From: Clostridia bacterium | Lineage (GTDB): Bacteria > Bacillota > Clostridia > Oscillospirales > CAG-272 | Assembly (NCBI GenBank): GCA_017411605.1 | Contig: JAFQPR010000103.1 | Location: 8,732-72,731 of the forward strand | Direction of reading: 5' to 3' | Length of the DNA: 64,000 nucleotides | Part shown: piece by piece, positions 21,473 to 31,616 of the stretch | How the letters are laid out: each line of letters begins with the position of its first letter | Position numbering within the stretch: the stretch's first letter is position 1 | Program-made: the position numbers and the translations under genes | Notes under the pieces: model-generated | What the model saw: only the letters and a program-made list of their open reading frames with translations | What the model was told of the DNA's origin: nothing | Databases searched by the model: none

Positions 21473-22401
21473 AAAAGATTATTGCACTTGTACTCACACT
21501 CACATTCACACTCCTCTCTCTTGCTTCCTGTAAAAGAGACGATACAAAAATCAACATCGGCGTTATGAGCGGTCCTACCGGAATGGGTATGGCGAAGCTT
21601 ATGAATGACGAGGGCGCAGAGAGCGAAAAATACGAATTTGAAATTTACTCGGATCCAACCAACGGCACAACCGACCTTATGTCAAAAAAGCTCGATATGC
21701 TTTGCCTTCCCACTAATGCTGCCGCAAATCTTTTCACTAAACAGAAAAACATATCCGTAATAGCAATAAACTGCCTCGGTTCACTTTATCTCCTTGCAAA
21801 TAACGAAACAGAGATAAATTCTATTAAAGACCTCGAGGGAAAAACCATTTATTCCAGCGTTGCAACATCTACAACAAAGCCAATTATTGATTTTATCCTT
21901 AAGGAAAACGGCGTAAACGCAACGGTTGAGATCGAAAAGGATCACGATACCCTCGTTGCAAAGCTTGCGTCAAAGGAAGTTAACATTGCCGTTCTTCCCG
22001 AACCCAAAGTTACCGCAGCTCTTATAGCTAACAAAGATTATTCGGTCAAGCTCAATCTTTCCGAAGAATGGAGCAAGGTTTCCGATACGCCTCTTACAAT
22101 GGGTTGCATCGTCGTAAGAAATGATTTTCTTGAAGAACACAAATCGGTCGTTGATTCGTTCCTTAAGGATTATAAAGCATCTATTGACTTTATCAATGAT
22201 AAAAACAACAATGCAAACGCAGCCGAGATGATAGTAAGCGCGGGCGTTCTTCCCAAGCTTCCCGTAGCAAAAGGTGCTTTGAATAATCTTTACGGTTCGA
22301 TCGTTTATATAGAAGGTGATGAAATGAAAAACGCGCTCAAGGCATTCTATACTGCTATAGGATTGGCTCAGCCCGATGAAGCTTTCTATTATGAAAAGTA
22401 A
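21469..22401 (+). CDS. ABC transporter substrate-binding lipoprotein (NitT/TauT/SsuA-like)
   Basis: Signal peptide with LASC lipobox; SGPTGMG and AVLPEP motifs. Start at ATG 21469 (ATGA overlap with the regulator). Confidence 0.85.
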   Translation: MKKIIALVLTLTFTLLSLASCKRDDTKINIGVMSGPTGMGMAKLMNDEGAESEKYEFEIYSDPTNGTTDLMSKKLDMLCLPTNAAANLFTKQKNISVIAINCLGSLYLLANNETEINSIKDLEGKTIYSSVATSTTKPIIDFILKENGVNATVEIEKDHDTLVAKLASKEVNIAVLPEPKVTAALIANKDYSVKLNLSEEWSKVSDTPLTMGCIVVRNDFLEEHKSVVDSFLKDYKASIDFINDKNNNANAAEMIVSAGVLPKLPVAKGALNNLYGSIVYIEGDEMKNALKAFYTAIGLAQPDEAFYYEK

Positions 22402-23158
22402 GAAAAAAGTAATTTTCACTGTCTTATCGATATTATTTTGGTTTCTTGCTTGGGAGTTACTTGCTCTTTTAATTGATATTTCGATTGTACTGCCCGGTCC
22501 TAGCGAGGTTATAGTATCACTCGGTAATCTTGTTATAACCTTATCGTTCTGGAAAATACTGCTTTTTTCGTTTATCAGAATAATAATCGGTTTTATTATA
22601 GGAGTCGTTTTGGGTATTGCCCTTGCGATCCTATGCAACAGCAGCTCGGTAGCGATGCATCTGTTTTCTCCTGTTATGACGATTATAAGAGCGACACCTG
22701 TTGCATCGTTCATTATGGTGCTCTGGCTTATTATCGGAAGCAATCTGGTTCCGTCTGCCATTACCGTTCTAATGGTCACGCCTATAATCTGGCAAAATCT
22801 TATAGACGGATTTTCCGCGATAGACAAAAATCTTGACGAGGTATGTACGTCATTTGAGATTTCGGCGGCAAAGCGATTCAAAATACTCATTGCTCCGACA
22901 CTGACAAGATTTCTCATCCCCGCGATAATCACCTCGGCGGGCTTAGGCTGGAAATCCGGTATTGCCGCTGAAATAATAGCCTACACGAGTAATTCCATCG
23001 GAAAAGAAATATTCCTTTCTAAGAGTTTTCTCGAAAGTGCAGAAATGCTCGCTTGGACTCTTGTTGTTATTATCCTTAGCCTCTCATTCGAATTTGTTAT
23101 TTCTTATTTAGGAAAGAAGGTGTCGAATAATGCCGCTTATGCTGAAAAAAATAACTAA
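22391..23158 (+). CDS. ABC transporter permease (NitT/TauT type)
   Basis: LPGP, RATPVAS and WKSGIAAE motifs; multiple TMs. Confidence 0.88.
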   Translation: MKSKKKVIFTVLSILFWFLAWELLALLIDISIVLPGPSEVIVSLGNLVITLSFWKILLFSFIRIIIGFIIGVVLGIALAILCNSSSVAMHLFSPVMTIIRATPVASFIMVLWLIIGSNLVPSAITVLMVTPIIWQNLIDGFSAIDKNLDEVCTSFEISAAKRFKILIAPTLTRFLIPAIITSAGLGWKSGIAAEIIAYTSNSIGKEIFLSKSFLESAEMLAWTLVVIILSLSFEFVISYLGKKVSNNAAYAEKNN

Positions 23159-23717
23159 AAGCTTCGAACAAAAAATTCTTTTTTCCGATTTTAATTATAC
23201 GTTCGGTGAAAACGGAATTTACGCAATTACCGGTGAAAGCGGTATAGGAAAAACAACACTTTTACGAATGATTGCAGGTTTGGACAATGATTACAGCGGA
23301 GAGATCTTCGGCGGCGGTTTTGCCAATACTTCATTCTGCTTTCAAGAGCACAGACTATTCCCGACGCTGACCGCGATTGATAATATTCTTGAGGTTTCAT
23401 TTAAAGAAAAAGATGACAAAGCAAAATCAAAAGCATACGAAATTATGAAAAGACTTCGCTTCACCGAGGATGATATGAAGCTGTATCCACATGAATTATC
23501 GGGCGGTATGCGGCAAAGGGTTGCTTTCGCCAGAGCAATACTGAGGGATTCAAAAATATTGATTCTCGATGAGGCAACAAAGGAGCTTGATCCCACTCTT
23601 GCGGATATCGTGCTCGATATTATCAAAGAACAAAGCAAGAGCCGACTTGTTATTATTGTTACTCATAAGGAAGCGGAAATAACCGAGCTTGGAGCAACAA
23701 GAATTCATTTAAACTAA
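23130..23717 (+). CDS. ABC transporter ATP-binding protein
   Basis: GESGIGKT, LSGGMRQR, ILDE and VTH motifs. Confidence 0.92.
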   Translation: MPLMLKKITKSFEQKILFSDFNYTFGENGIYAITGESGIGKTTLLRMIAGLDNDYSGEIFGGGFANTSFCFQEHRLFPTLTAIDNILEVSFKEKDDKAKSKAYEIMKRLRFTEDDMKLYPHELSGGMRQRVAFARAILRDSKILILDEATKELDPTLADIVLDIIKEQSKSRLVIIVTHKEAEITELGATRIHLN

Positions 23718-23764
23718 AGTCAAAAACTATATTTTCGAACTTCGAAGCATAGAATTTTAAAAGC

Positions 23765-23815
23765 AAAAAATGGGTAGACGTACTGATTTTTTCAATACAT
23801 CTACCCACTTTTTTT
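23765..23815. terminator. Bidirectional terminator between the ABC operon and dinB
   Basis: TGGGTAGA...TCTACCCA stem flanked by A and T runs. Confidence 0.8.
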
Positions 23816-23839
23816 GATGTTTTTTTAAAACGTTAGCTC

Positions 23840-25063
23840 CTATTTTTTATCACTTTTTTTGCTGCTGATACCAATATCATTTTCGATAATAGAAGCACGA
23901 ATAATCGACTCTGTACCAAATTTCTGCCTTATTTTATCAACGGCAATTTCCTTTTTCTCGATTTTCTTGCGTTCTTCTCGCTTCTCGGAGCCAAAGAAAT
24001 CCATTTGCTCAAAAACAGAGTCTGCGCGAACCAGGTTTGTTGCCGTTACGGTGATCATTCGTATTGGTCTTTCCGCACTCCATTCACGGCAAAGTATCTT
24101 ATACGCAACGTCGGCTATCTCGGATGAGATATCGGTAGGTGCATCTGTCGGCGCGTTCCTCTGAATCGTCCTCAAATACTCGTCCTTGATACTTAGCTGA
24201 ACGGTGGAGCACTTTAACCCCCGTATACGAAGCTTAGTTCCGATCTCCTCGGAAAGATATTTTATTCCCGTCAGGCATTCTTCTCTTCCGACAAGATCAT
24301 GCTTGAAAGTAAAGCCGTTGCCTATGCTTTTCGCGTCAGCTCTGTCGGTCGCTTCTACGGGTGAAGAATCCTCCCCCCTTGCATACTCGGAAAGCATTCC
24401 GCCCATTTTACCGAATTTTAAGATTAAAAGCTCACGGCTAGCTTCTGCAAGATCTCCAATAGTTTTTATACCAAGGTGAAAAAGCGCATCTGCCGTCCTT
24501 TTTCCGACGAATAACAAATCCGATACAGACAATGGATAAACTATTTCCTTATAGTTATCTCGGCTTATAACCGTAGTTGCATCAGGCTTTTTGTAGTCAC
24601 TTCCAAGCTTGGCGAATACCTTGTTAAAGGAAATGCCGACGGAAACGGTAATCCCCAGCTCGCGTTTTATATCACTTCTGATTTTCTCCGCGATTTCAAA
24701 CCCATCGCCGAAAATACCGCTTGCCGTAACGTCGAGCCAACTTTCATCTATTCCAAACGGCTCTATCATATCCGTATATCTTGAATATATTTCATTCGCC
24801 TTTTGCGAATACTCAACGTATTTGTCATAATGTGGCTTAGCCAAAACTAAATTCGGACATTTTTTCTTCGCTGCAAAAACGGTTTCCGCAGTTTTTATAT
24901 CGTATTTTTTTGCAAGCTCATTTTTCGCGAGAATTATACCGTGCCTGTTTTCAATACTACCCGAAACAGCCATTGGAACGTTTCTGTATTCCGGATTAAG
25001 CACAGTTTCCACCGAAGCGAAAAAAGAATTGCAATCACAGTGCAAAATAATTCTGTCTTTCAT
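23840..25063 (-). CDS. dinB: DNA polymerase IV (Y family)
   Basis: HCDCNSFFAS, GIDESWLD, AKLGSDYKKP and clamp-binding-like QMDFF. Confidence 0.93.
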   Translation of the reverse strand: MKDRIILHCDCNSFFASVETVLNPEYRNVPMAVSGSIENRHGIILAKNELAKKYDIKTAETVFAAKKKCPNLVLAKPHYDKYVEYSQKANEIYSRYTDMIEPFGIDESWLDVTASGIFGDGFEIAEKIRSDIKRELGITVSVGISFNKVFAKLGSDYKKPDATTVISRDNYKEIVYPLSVSDLLFVGKRTADALFHLGIKTIGDLAEASRELLILKFGKMGGMLSEYARGEDSSPVEATDRADAKSIGNGFTFKHDLVGREECLTGIKYLSEEIGTKLRIRGLKCSTVQLSIKDEYLRTIQRNAPTDAPTDISSEIADVAYKILCREWSAERPIRMITVTATNLVRADSVFEQMDFFGSEKREERKKIEKKEIAVDKIRQKFGTESIIRASIIENDIGISSKKSDKK

Positions 25064-25064
25064 C

Positions 25065-26564
25065 TTAAATATCTCTCGGACGTTCCTTGTGCGAAGCTAC
25101 GCCTTCCTTAAGAGAAAACCAGAATTCCGCACCGCTTTCACCGGGTGAATCGGCACTTATCTGTTCGCCGTGAGCGTCAATTATCGTTTTGCAAATATAA
25201 AGACCAAGTCCGACACCGCTCTTATCGAGTCCGCGGCTCTTGTCCGTTTTATAAAATCTGTCAAAAATAAACGGTAATTCTTCTTTTGGAATGCCCTGCC
25301 CTTCATCATAAACCGAAAGCCTGATTTTTTTATTTGAAGTTCTTGTTATATGGATCGCGAGCTTTCCGCCTTCCCTTGAAAACTTTATTGCGTTATGCAT
25401 CAAATTATAAACCACCTGGTGGATAGCATCCTTATCTGCTACGACAAACATAGAATCTTCATCGGTTTCGAAAATTACGTCGAGATTTTTATCTCCTATC
25501 TTTTGCTCGAAGGATATAAGGATGACTCTCGCCATTTCAGCAATATCGAAGCTTACGAAGTTAAACTTACGTTCACCCGACTCAAGTCTTGAAATGTCAA
25601 GAAGATCTGCAACAAGCCTAGAAAGTCTGTGCACCTCCGCGGAAATTACCCCAAGATAGTAATCATGCTTCTCGGGAGGAATGGCTCCTGAAGTAATACC
25701 GTCTATAAATCCCGCTATCGTGGTCATTGGAGTTCTTAAATCGTGAGAAACGTTCGCGAGGAAGGAGTTTCTCATTTTTTCAAAGTTATCAAGCGACTCA
25801 GCCATATTATTAAAAGCTTCGCCCAGCTCGGCTATTTCGTCATGACCGCATACTGTTACTCGGGTGCTGAAATCACCCTTTGCAAACTTCTTCGTCGCTT
25901 TGGTCATATTCTTAAGAGGGTTTATTACACGCTCTGTAATAAGATACAGCGCAACAACGGCAGCAAGCATTACCCAAAGAGAGCTGTTTATAATAGTTTT
26001 TCTTGCCGCCAGCACCATCGAATCCTCTTGAGTTGTGGATATAAGCGATATTGCGTATCCCGTATGCTTATCCCCCGAAAAGATTTCTTTGGCACACATA
26101 CGGTAGTTCTCATTACCTATAACCTCGGCTCTTCCGTTATAAAGAAGGTAATCTCGCCCTTCCTTATCTTTTTGGTGCGTAAAGTTCTCTTTTATATTGA
26201 GGCTTCCGAGATCTTCATCGTGCCATAGCATCGGAAGTACGTCATCGCCCACTTTATGAGTTTTGACGGTCGTTAAAAGTATCTTGCCGTCAACGTCGGT
26301 AAGCAATATTTTTACATTTTTATACTCCAACAATATCGGCGCCAAAATCTCCATTGTGATCGGTGCTTCAAGCGCCGTATCGATTTCACCGTACGTAGAA
26401 CATTGCTTGGATATTTTTACTATAGCATTGACAAGCGACTCCTGCTTGCTATCCATTACGTACGCTCTTATCGTAGTTGTTATTATGCTGGATAAAATGA
26501 CAAAGCTTATTAACAAAATAATAACGAAAGCGGTTAAGTATTTCGCAAACGTGCTTTTAAACAA
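25065..26564 (-). CDS. Membrane sensor histidine kinase (HAMP-HisKA-HATPase)
   Basis: 2 TMs, HAMP, SHDLRTP, NAIKF and GLGL motifs. Start re-called at TTG 26564 (AGGAG 7 nt upstream). The longer ORF start overlaps a TTGACT-N18-TATAAT promoter. Confidence 0.92.
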   Translation of the reverse strand: MFKSTFAKYLTAFVIILLISFVILSSIITTTIRAYVMDSKQESLVNAIVKISKQCSTYGEIDTALEAPITMEILAPILLEYKNVKILLTDVDGKILLTTVKTHKVGDDVLPMLWHDEDLGSLNIKENFTHQKDKEGRDYLLYNGRAEVIGNENYRMCAKEIFSGDKHTGYAISLISTTQEDSMVLAARKTIINSSLWVMLAAVVALYLITERVINPLKNMTKATKKFAKGDFSTRVTVCGHDEIAELGEAFNNMAESLDNFEKMRNSFLANVSHDLRTPMTTIAGFIDGITSGAIPPEKHDYYLGVISAEVHRLSRLVADLLDISRLESGERKFNFVSFDIAEMARVILISFEQKIGDKNLDVIFETDEDSMFVVADKDAIHQVVYNLMHNAIKFSREGGKLAIHITRTSNKKIRLSVYDEGQGIPKEELPFIFDRFYKTDKSRGLDKSGVGLGLYICKTIIDAHGEQISADSPGESGAEFWFSLKEGVASHKERPRDI

Positions 26565-26643
26565 TTTTTTGCTCCTGTCTTTGTGTTTTTTTCTATTATA
26601 CAACAAATCATATCAATAAGTCAAATATTTTTTGTTAATAACA

Positions 26644-26672
26644 TTGACTAAAATATTTTTTTGTGCTAAAAT
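26644..26672 (+). promoter_or_regulatory. sigmaA promoter of gltX
   Basis: TTGACT-N17-TAAAAT with extended TG. Confidence 0.65.
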
Positions 26673-26716
26673 ATAATTTGCTATAAATTTTAGATATTTG
26701 AAAGAGGTAAATTACT

Positions 26717-28159
26717 ATGACAGTTACAAGATTTGCGCCCAGCCCCACAGGCTATATGCATATAGGTAATCTCAGAACAGCGCTCTACTCATACCTCATC
26801 TCTAAGCACGATGACGGTAAATTCATCTTAAGAATCGAGGATACCGATCGCGAGCGTCTTGTTGAAGGTGCTACCGATATTATTAAATCTACTCTGGCAA
26901 TTACCGGTCTTGGATATGACGAGGGTCCGGACGTTGGCGGTGATCACGGTCCTTACGTTCAGAGCGAGCGTAAGCCTATCTATATGGAATATGCCAAGAA
27001 GCTTGTTGACGCAGGACATGCTTACTATTGCTTCTGCACGAAGGAAAGACTTGAGGAGCTTCACAACGAGGATGCTCTCGGCGGATATGACAGACATTGC
27101 AGAAATCTTTCCAAGGAAGAGATTGAAAAGAATCTCAACGCAGGCGTACCTTACGTTATCAGACAAAAAATGCCTCTTGATGGCGTGACAACTTACTACG
27201 ATTCTGTATTCGGTGAGATTTCAATGAACAATTCCGAGCTTCAGGATCAAATCCTTATGAAAGCAGACGGTTATCCTACTTATAACTTTGCTCACGTAAT
27301 CGACGACTACTTGATGGGTGTTACTCACGTTGTAAGAGGTTCGGAGTATCTTACGTCAACCCCTAAATACGTGCTCCTTTACGATGCCTTCGGTTGGGAA
27401 CGCCCGAACTATGTTCATCTTCCCCTTCTTATGGGTAAAAACGCAGACGGTACAGTGTCCAAGCTTTCAAAGCGTCACGGCGCTGTTTCATTCCAAGATC
27501 TCATCGATGACGGATATCTCCCCGAGGCTATCGTTAACTATATCGCGCTTCTCGGCTGGTGCCCCAAAAATTCCGAGAGCGAATTCTTTACTCTGGATGA
27601 GCTTAAAGCAGTATTCACGATTGACGGAGTTTCTAAATCTCCCGCGGTTTTCGACTTTGAAAAGCTCCTTTGGTTCAACGGTGAGTATATCCACAAGCTT
27701 GATGATGAAGAGTTTAAAATGCTTTCCGCAAGATTTATAAAAACCGAGATTCCCGCAAACATCAACAGAAACAAGATGCTTGAGCTTCTTAAAACACGAA
27801 TTTCAAAGTTCACCGAGCTTGATGAAAAAATGGAATTCTTTATCACTCTTCCCGAATACGATACCGAATTATTCTACAATAAAAAGAACAAGATCGCAGA
27901 CCTTGAGGTAGTCAAAACCGTCCTCGAAGCTGCCAAGGAAACTCTCTGCTCTGTAAATTCGTTTGACAACGACAGTTTATTTGCTGCGCTTATGCCCCTT
28001 TCCGAAAAACTCGGTCTTAAGACAGGTGCTATTATGTGGTGCATCCGAATCGCCGTTTCCGGAATGGCTGCTACTCCCGGAGGAGCTACGGAAATTATGG
28101 AAGTTATCGGCAAGGAAGAATCTCTTGCGAGAATTGATAAGGCGTTGGCAAAGCTTTAA
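26717..28159 (+). CDS. gltX: Glutamate--tRNA ligase
   Basis: RFAPSPTGYMHIG and KLSKR motifs. Confidence 0.97.
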   Translation: MTVTRFAPSPTGYMHIGNLRTALYSYLISKHDDGKFILRIEDTDRERLVEGATDIIKSTLAITGLGYDEGPDVGGDHGPYVQSERKPIYMEYAKKLVDAGHAYYCFCTKERLEELHNEDALGGYDRHCRNLSKEEIEKNLNAGVPYVIRQKMPLDGVTTYYDSVFGEISMNNSELQDQILMKADGYPTYNFAHVIDDYLMGVTHVVRGSEYLTSTPKYVLLYDAFGWERPNYVHLPLLMGKNADGTVSKLSKRHGAVSFQDLIDDGYLPEAIVNYIALLGWCPKNSESEFFTLDELKAVFTIDGVSKSPAVFDFEKLLWFNGEYIHKLDDEEFKMLSARFIKTEIPANINRNKMLELLKTRISKFTELDEKMEFFITLPEYDTELFYNKKNKIADLEVVKTVLEAAKETLCSVNSFDNDSLFAALMPLSEKLGLKTGAIMWCIRIAVSGMAATPGGATEIMEVIGKEESLARIDKALAKL

Positions 28160-28198
28160 TTATTATTATTATTTTTAAATGCTCTATGAGGTAAAAAG

Positions 28199-29056
28199 AT
28201 GGCATTTGATATTTCCGATAAAATCAGAGATTATTTCCCTACTTTTTCAAAGGGACAAAAGAAGATTGCTGCTGCCATAATCAGTGATTACGACAAGGTT
28301 GCTTATATGACTGCGTCTAAGCTCGGCCGCTTCGTCGGCGTCTCGGAATCGACGGTAGTAAGATTTGCAACCGAACTTGGTTATATCGGTTATGCAGATT
28401 TTCAAAAGGCAGTTCAGGAGCTTGTCAGAGCTAAATTGACGCCTAATCAAAGAATTGAAATTACTAAGCAAAGAATGTCTCGCGGAAATATCCTCGAGAA
28501 CGTAGCGGATGCTGATATAGCAAAGATACGAACAACTTTCGATAAGCTTGATAAGGAAGCTTTCTACAACTCTATAGATGCTATTCTTTCTGCTAAAAGA
28601 ATATACGTTATGGGCGCGAGAAGTTCCGAGTCATTGGCTATGATATTAAAATACAACCTTTCGCTCATATTTGATAATATTACCCTCGTTGCTCCAAAAT
28701 CTACCGCGGAAGTCTTTGAACAAATGTTTTCTATCGGAGAGAATGATCTTTTGATAGCATTCTCCTTCCCCCGCTATTCATCAAAAATGGTTAATGCTGT
28801 AAAATTTGCTAAACAGAACAAGGCGAAGGTAATAGTATTTACAGACTCGTATCATTCTCCTCTCGCAGAGCATGCTACATATCTTTTGACAGCGCAAAGC
28901 GATATGGCTTCGTTTATGGATTCACTTGTTGCGCCTATCAGTATAATTAACGCTATAATTGTTGAAATAACAGCAAGACGCGAAGGACGTATTCGCGACA
29001 GGTTCGACAGACTTGAAAAAATCTGGGACGAATATCACGTATACACGAAAAAATGA
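28199..29056 (+). CDS. MurR/RpiR family regulator (HTH + SIS)
   Basis: VSESTVVRFA..LGY, SFPRYS and TDS..SPL motifs. Confidence 0.92.
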   Translation: MAFDISDKIRDYFPTFSKGQKKIAAAIISDYDKVAYMTASKLGRFVGVSESTVVRFATELGYIGYADFQKAVQELVRAKLTPNQRIEITKQRMSRGNILENVADADIAKIRTTFDKLDKEAFYNSIDAILSAKRIYVMGARSSESLAMILKYNLSLIFDNITLVAPKSTAEVFEQMFSIGENDLLIAFSFPRYSSKMVNAVKFAKQNKAKVIVFTDSYHSPLAEHATYLLTAQSDMASFMDSLVAPISIINAIIVEITARREGRIRDRFDRLEKIWDEYHVYTKK

Positions 29057-30291
29057 TTGAAAACAATTTTAAAAGAATTGCAATTATAGGCGGCGGTCCT
29101 GCCGGTATGATGGCAGCCGGAACCGCTCGGAACATGGGTGCTTCTGTTACAATATTCGAACAAACCGACAGGCTAGGTAAAAAGCTTGCTATCACAGGAA
29201 AAGGCAGATGCAACGTTACAAACAATTGCTCTATCAACGATTTTCTTGAGAACGTTACGAAAAATCCACGATTCCTTTATACCGCTTTATACGCCTTTTC
29301 TCCCGAACGAACGATTGAGTTTTTTGAAGAGCTTGGCGTTGAACTCAAAACCGAACGCGGTAACCGAGTATTCCCCGCGGACGACAAAGCAAAGACCATT
29401 GTTGATGCAATGAAGCGTTATGCTTCAAACGCCAACGTAATATACGAAAAGGTTACCTCAATATCCAAAAACGCTGACGGAAGCTTTACCGTAATCGCAG
29501 ATGATGCATACAGTTTTGATGCGGTTATAATCGCTACGGGTGGAAAGTCCTATCCAAAAACAGGCTCCGACGGATCGGGATACCGACTCGCTATGAAGCT
29601 TGGTCATTCCGTGACGGAATTAAAACCATCGCTTATTCCTATTGAATCCAAGGATAAGATCTGCGCAAAAATGATGGGCTTATCACTCAAAAACGTAGCA
29701 ATCAAGGTTTTGGATGCTTCTAATAAAGTTGTCTATACCGATTTCGGAGAGATGATGTTCACGCACTTTGGTGTTACAGGTCCTATGATTCTTTCCGCTT
29801 CGGCAAGAATAAAGGATACGGACATTTCATCATTAACGTTATCAATTGACTTGAAACCCGCTCTTGATGAAAAAATGTTGGATGCAAGAATTCTTTCCGA
29901 TTTCAAGGAAAACGCAAACCGCGATTTTGCAAATTCTCTTTCCGCGCTTCTTCCTTCTAAAATGATCGAGCCGTTCATTGAGCGGACCGGCATCCCACCG
30001 CACAAAAAAATCAATTCCATAACGAAAGAAGAACGTCACATAATTCTATCCACATTAAAGGATTTCAGAATTAAGCTCTCTGCATTGCGCCCAATTGACG
30101 AGGCAATAATAACGTCGGGCGGAATTGAGGTCAAAGAGATCAATCCAAAGACAATGGAGTCGAAGATCATCCCCGGTCTTTTCTTTGCAGGAGAGATTAT
30201 TGACGTAGATGCTTATACAGGTGGATTTAATTTGCAAATTGCCTACTCAACCGGATATATCGCAGGAAAATGCGCGGCAGAAAGTTGGTAA
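29053..30291 (+). CDS. HI0933/BaiN-like NAD(P)/FAD-dependent oxidoreductase
   Basis: GGGPAG, GKGRCNVTN, ATGGKSYP and TGGFNLQ motifs. Confidence 0.92.
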   Translation: MIENNFKRIAIIGGGPAGMMAAGTARNMGASVTIFEQTDRLGKKLAITGKGRCNVTNNCSINDFLENVTKNPRFLYTALYAFSPERTIEFFEELGVELKTERGNRVFPADDKAKTIVDAMKRYASNANVIYEKVTSISKNADGSFTVIADDAYSFDAVIIATGGKSYPKTGSDGSGYRLAMKLGHSVTELKPSLIPIESKDKICAKMMGLSLKNVAIKVLDASNKVVYTDFGEMMFTHFGVTGPMILSASARIKDTDISSLTLSIDLKPALDEKMLDARILSDFKENANRDFANSLSALLPSKMIEPFIERTGIPPHKKINSITKEERHIILSTLKDFRIKLSALRPIDEAIITSGGIEVKEINPKTMESKIIPGLFFAGEIIDVDAYTGGFNLQIAYSTGYIAGKCAAESW

Positions 30292-30302
30292 AGGAGATTA
30301 AT

Positions 30303-31616
30303 ATGATTAGAATAGCAATTGACGGCCCCGGCGGTGCGGGCAAATCCAGCCTTGCTAAAGCGGTCGCTAAAAGGCTTGGAATTATATATGTCGATACGGG
30401 CGCGCTTTACCGTACAATCGGCGTTTATATGCTCGGCAAGGGCATTAACCCTTCCGATGAAGAAAAAGTAAGCGCAAATTTACCCGATCTTAAGCTTGAG
30501 TTAAAATTTATCGACGGTAACCAAGTAATCCTTTTAAACGGTAAAGCTGTCGGCGACGAGATAAGAACGCCCGAGGCTTCCATGGCAGCTTCCGCTGTCA
30601 GCGCGCTCGGATCGGTCAGAGAGTTTCTTCTTATGACACAAAGAAACATTGCCGAGAACAACAGTGTTATAATGGACGGACGCGATATCGGCACTGTCAT
30701 TCTCCCCTATGCCGAGGTTAAGATATTCCTGACAGCAAGTCCCGAAGCAAGAGCAAAAAGACGCTTTGCTGAGCTTACCGCGAAAGGTATCGAAACAACT
30801 TACGAAAAAGTTTATACCGAAATGGTGGAGCGTGACAAAAACGATTCCACAAGAGCTCTCGCTCCTTGCGTCCCGGCAGACGACGCCGTACTGCTTGACA
30901 ACTCCGAGCTTACCGCCGAAGGAACAACAGATGCGGTTTTAAAAATCGTTAACAAGGAAATCAAGCAGAGAAAGAAAAAGTTCAATCCTTTTTACAGAGT
31001 TTGCAGAATTCTTATAACGGTATTCATGCGTTTAACTATGATAATTAAGGTGACCGGGAAAGAAAATATTCCTGCCGAAGGCGGCGTAGTTCTCTGCTCC
31101 AATCATATAGGAATTCGTGACGTATTCCTTATTGGAATAACCTATCCCAGGCAACTCTTTTTCCTCTCAAAAAAAGAATGGTTCAAAATTCCCGTTATGA
31201 GCTCTGTTATGAGAGCTTGGGGAGCAATACCGCTTGACAGAGGCGGAAAGGACGTCGGCGCTTTAAAAAATGCCGTTGTTGTCGCTAAAAAAGGAAAAAC
31301 ATTGGCGCTCTTCCCACAGGGCACAAGAAAACCCGGAATCAATCCGAAGGATACTCAGGTCAAAAGCGGCGCAGGCATGATAGCGTATCATTCGCATGCC
31401 GATATGCTGCCCGTTTGTATCAAAACAGACGGTGTCAAATACCGTTTTATGCGCAAGATCGAGGTCATTTACGGCAAGCCGATAAAGTACTCTGAGCTTG
31501 GATTTGAGAGAGGCAGTGTCGGTGAATTTAAGGATGCAACAAGCAAAGTATTCGATGAAATCTGTGAGCTTGGCGGATATAGTTCGCTTCCTTCCGACGA
31601 AGGTGAGCAAAGCTGA
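30303..31616 (+). CDS. cmk: Fused cytidylate kinase / 1-acyl-sn-glycerol-3-phosphate acyltransferase (Cmk::PlsC)
   Basis: IAIDGPGGAGKS, DTGALYR and DGRDIGT, then NHIGIRD and FPQGTR in one frame. Start ATG 30303 after AAGGAG. Confidence 0.9.
   Translation: MIRIAIDGPGGAGKSSLAKAVAKRLGIIYVDTGALYRTIGVYMLGKGINPSDEEKVSANLPDLKLELKFIDGNQVILLNGKAVGDEIRTPEASMAASAVSALGSVREFLLMTQRNIAENNSVIMDGRDIGTVILPYAEVKIFLTASPEARAKRRFAELTAKGIETTYEKVYTEMVERDKNDSTRALAPCVPADDAVLLDNSELTAEGTTDAVLKIVNKEIKQRKKKFNPFYRVCRILITVFMRLTMIIKVTGKENIPAEGGVVLCSNHIGIRDVFLIGITYPRQLFFLSKKEWFKIPVMSSVMRAWGAIPLDRGGKDVGALKNAVVVAKKGKTLALFPQGTRKPGINPKDTQVKSGAGMIAYHSHADMLPVCIKTDGVKYRFMRKIEVIYGKPIKYSELGFERGSVGEFKDATSKVFDEICELGGYSSLPSDEGEQS

Noticed and set aside
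21970-22932. 320-aa minus-strand ORF
   Set aside because: Antisense to the well-supported ABC binding protein and permease; no motifs.
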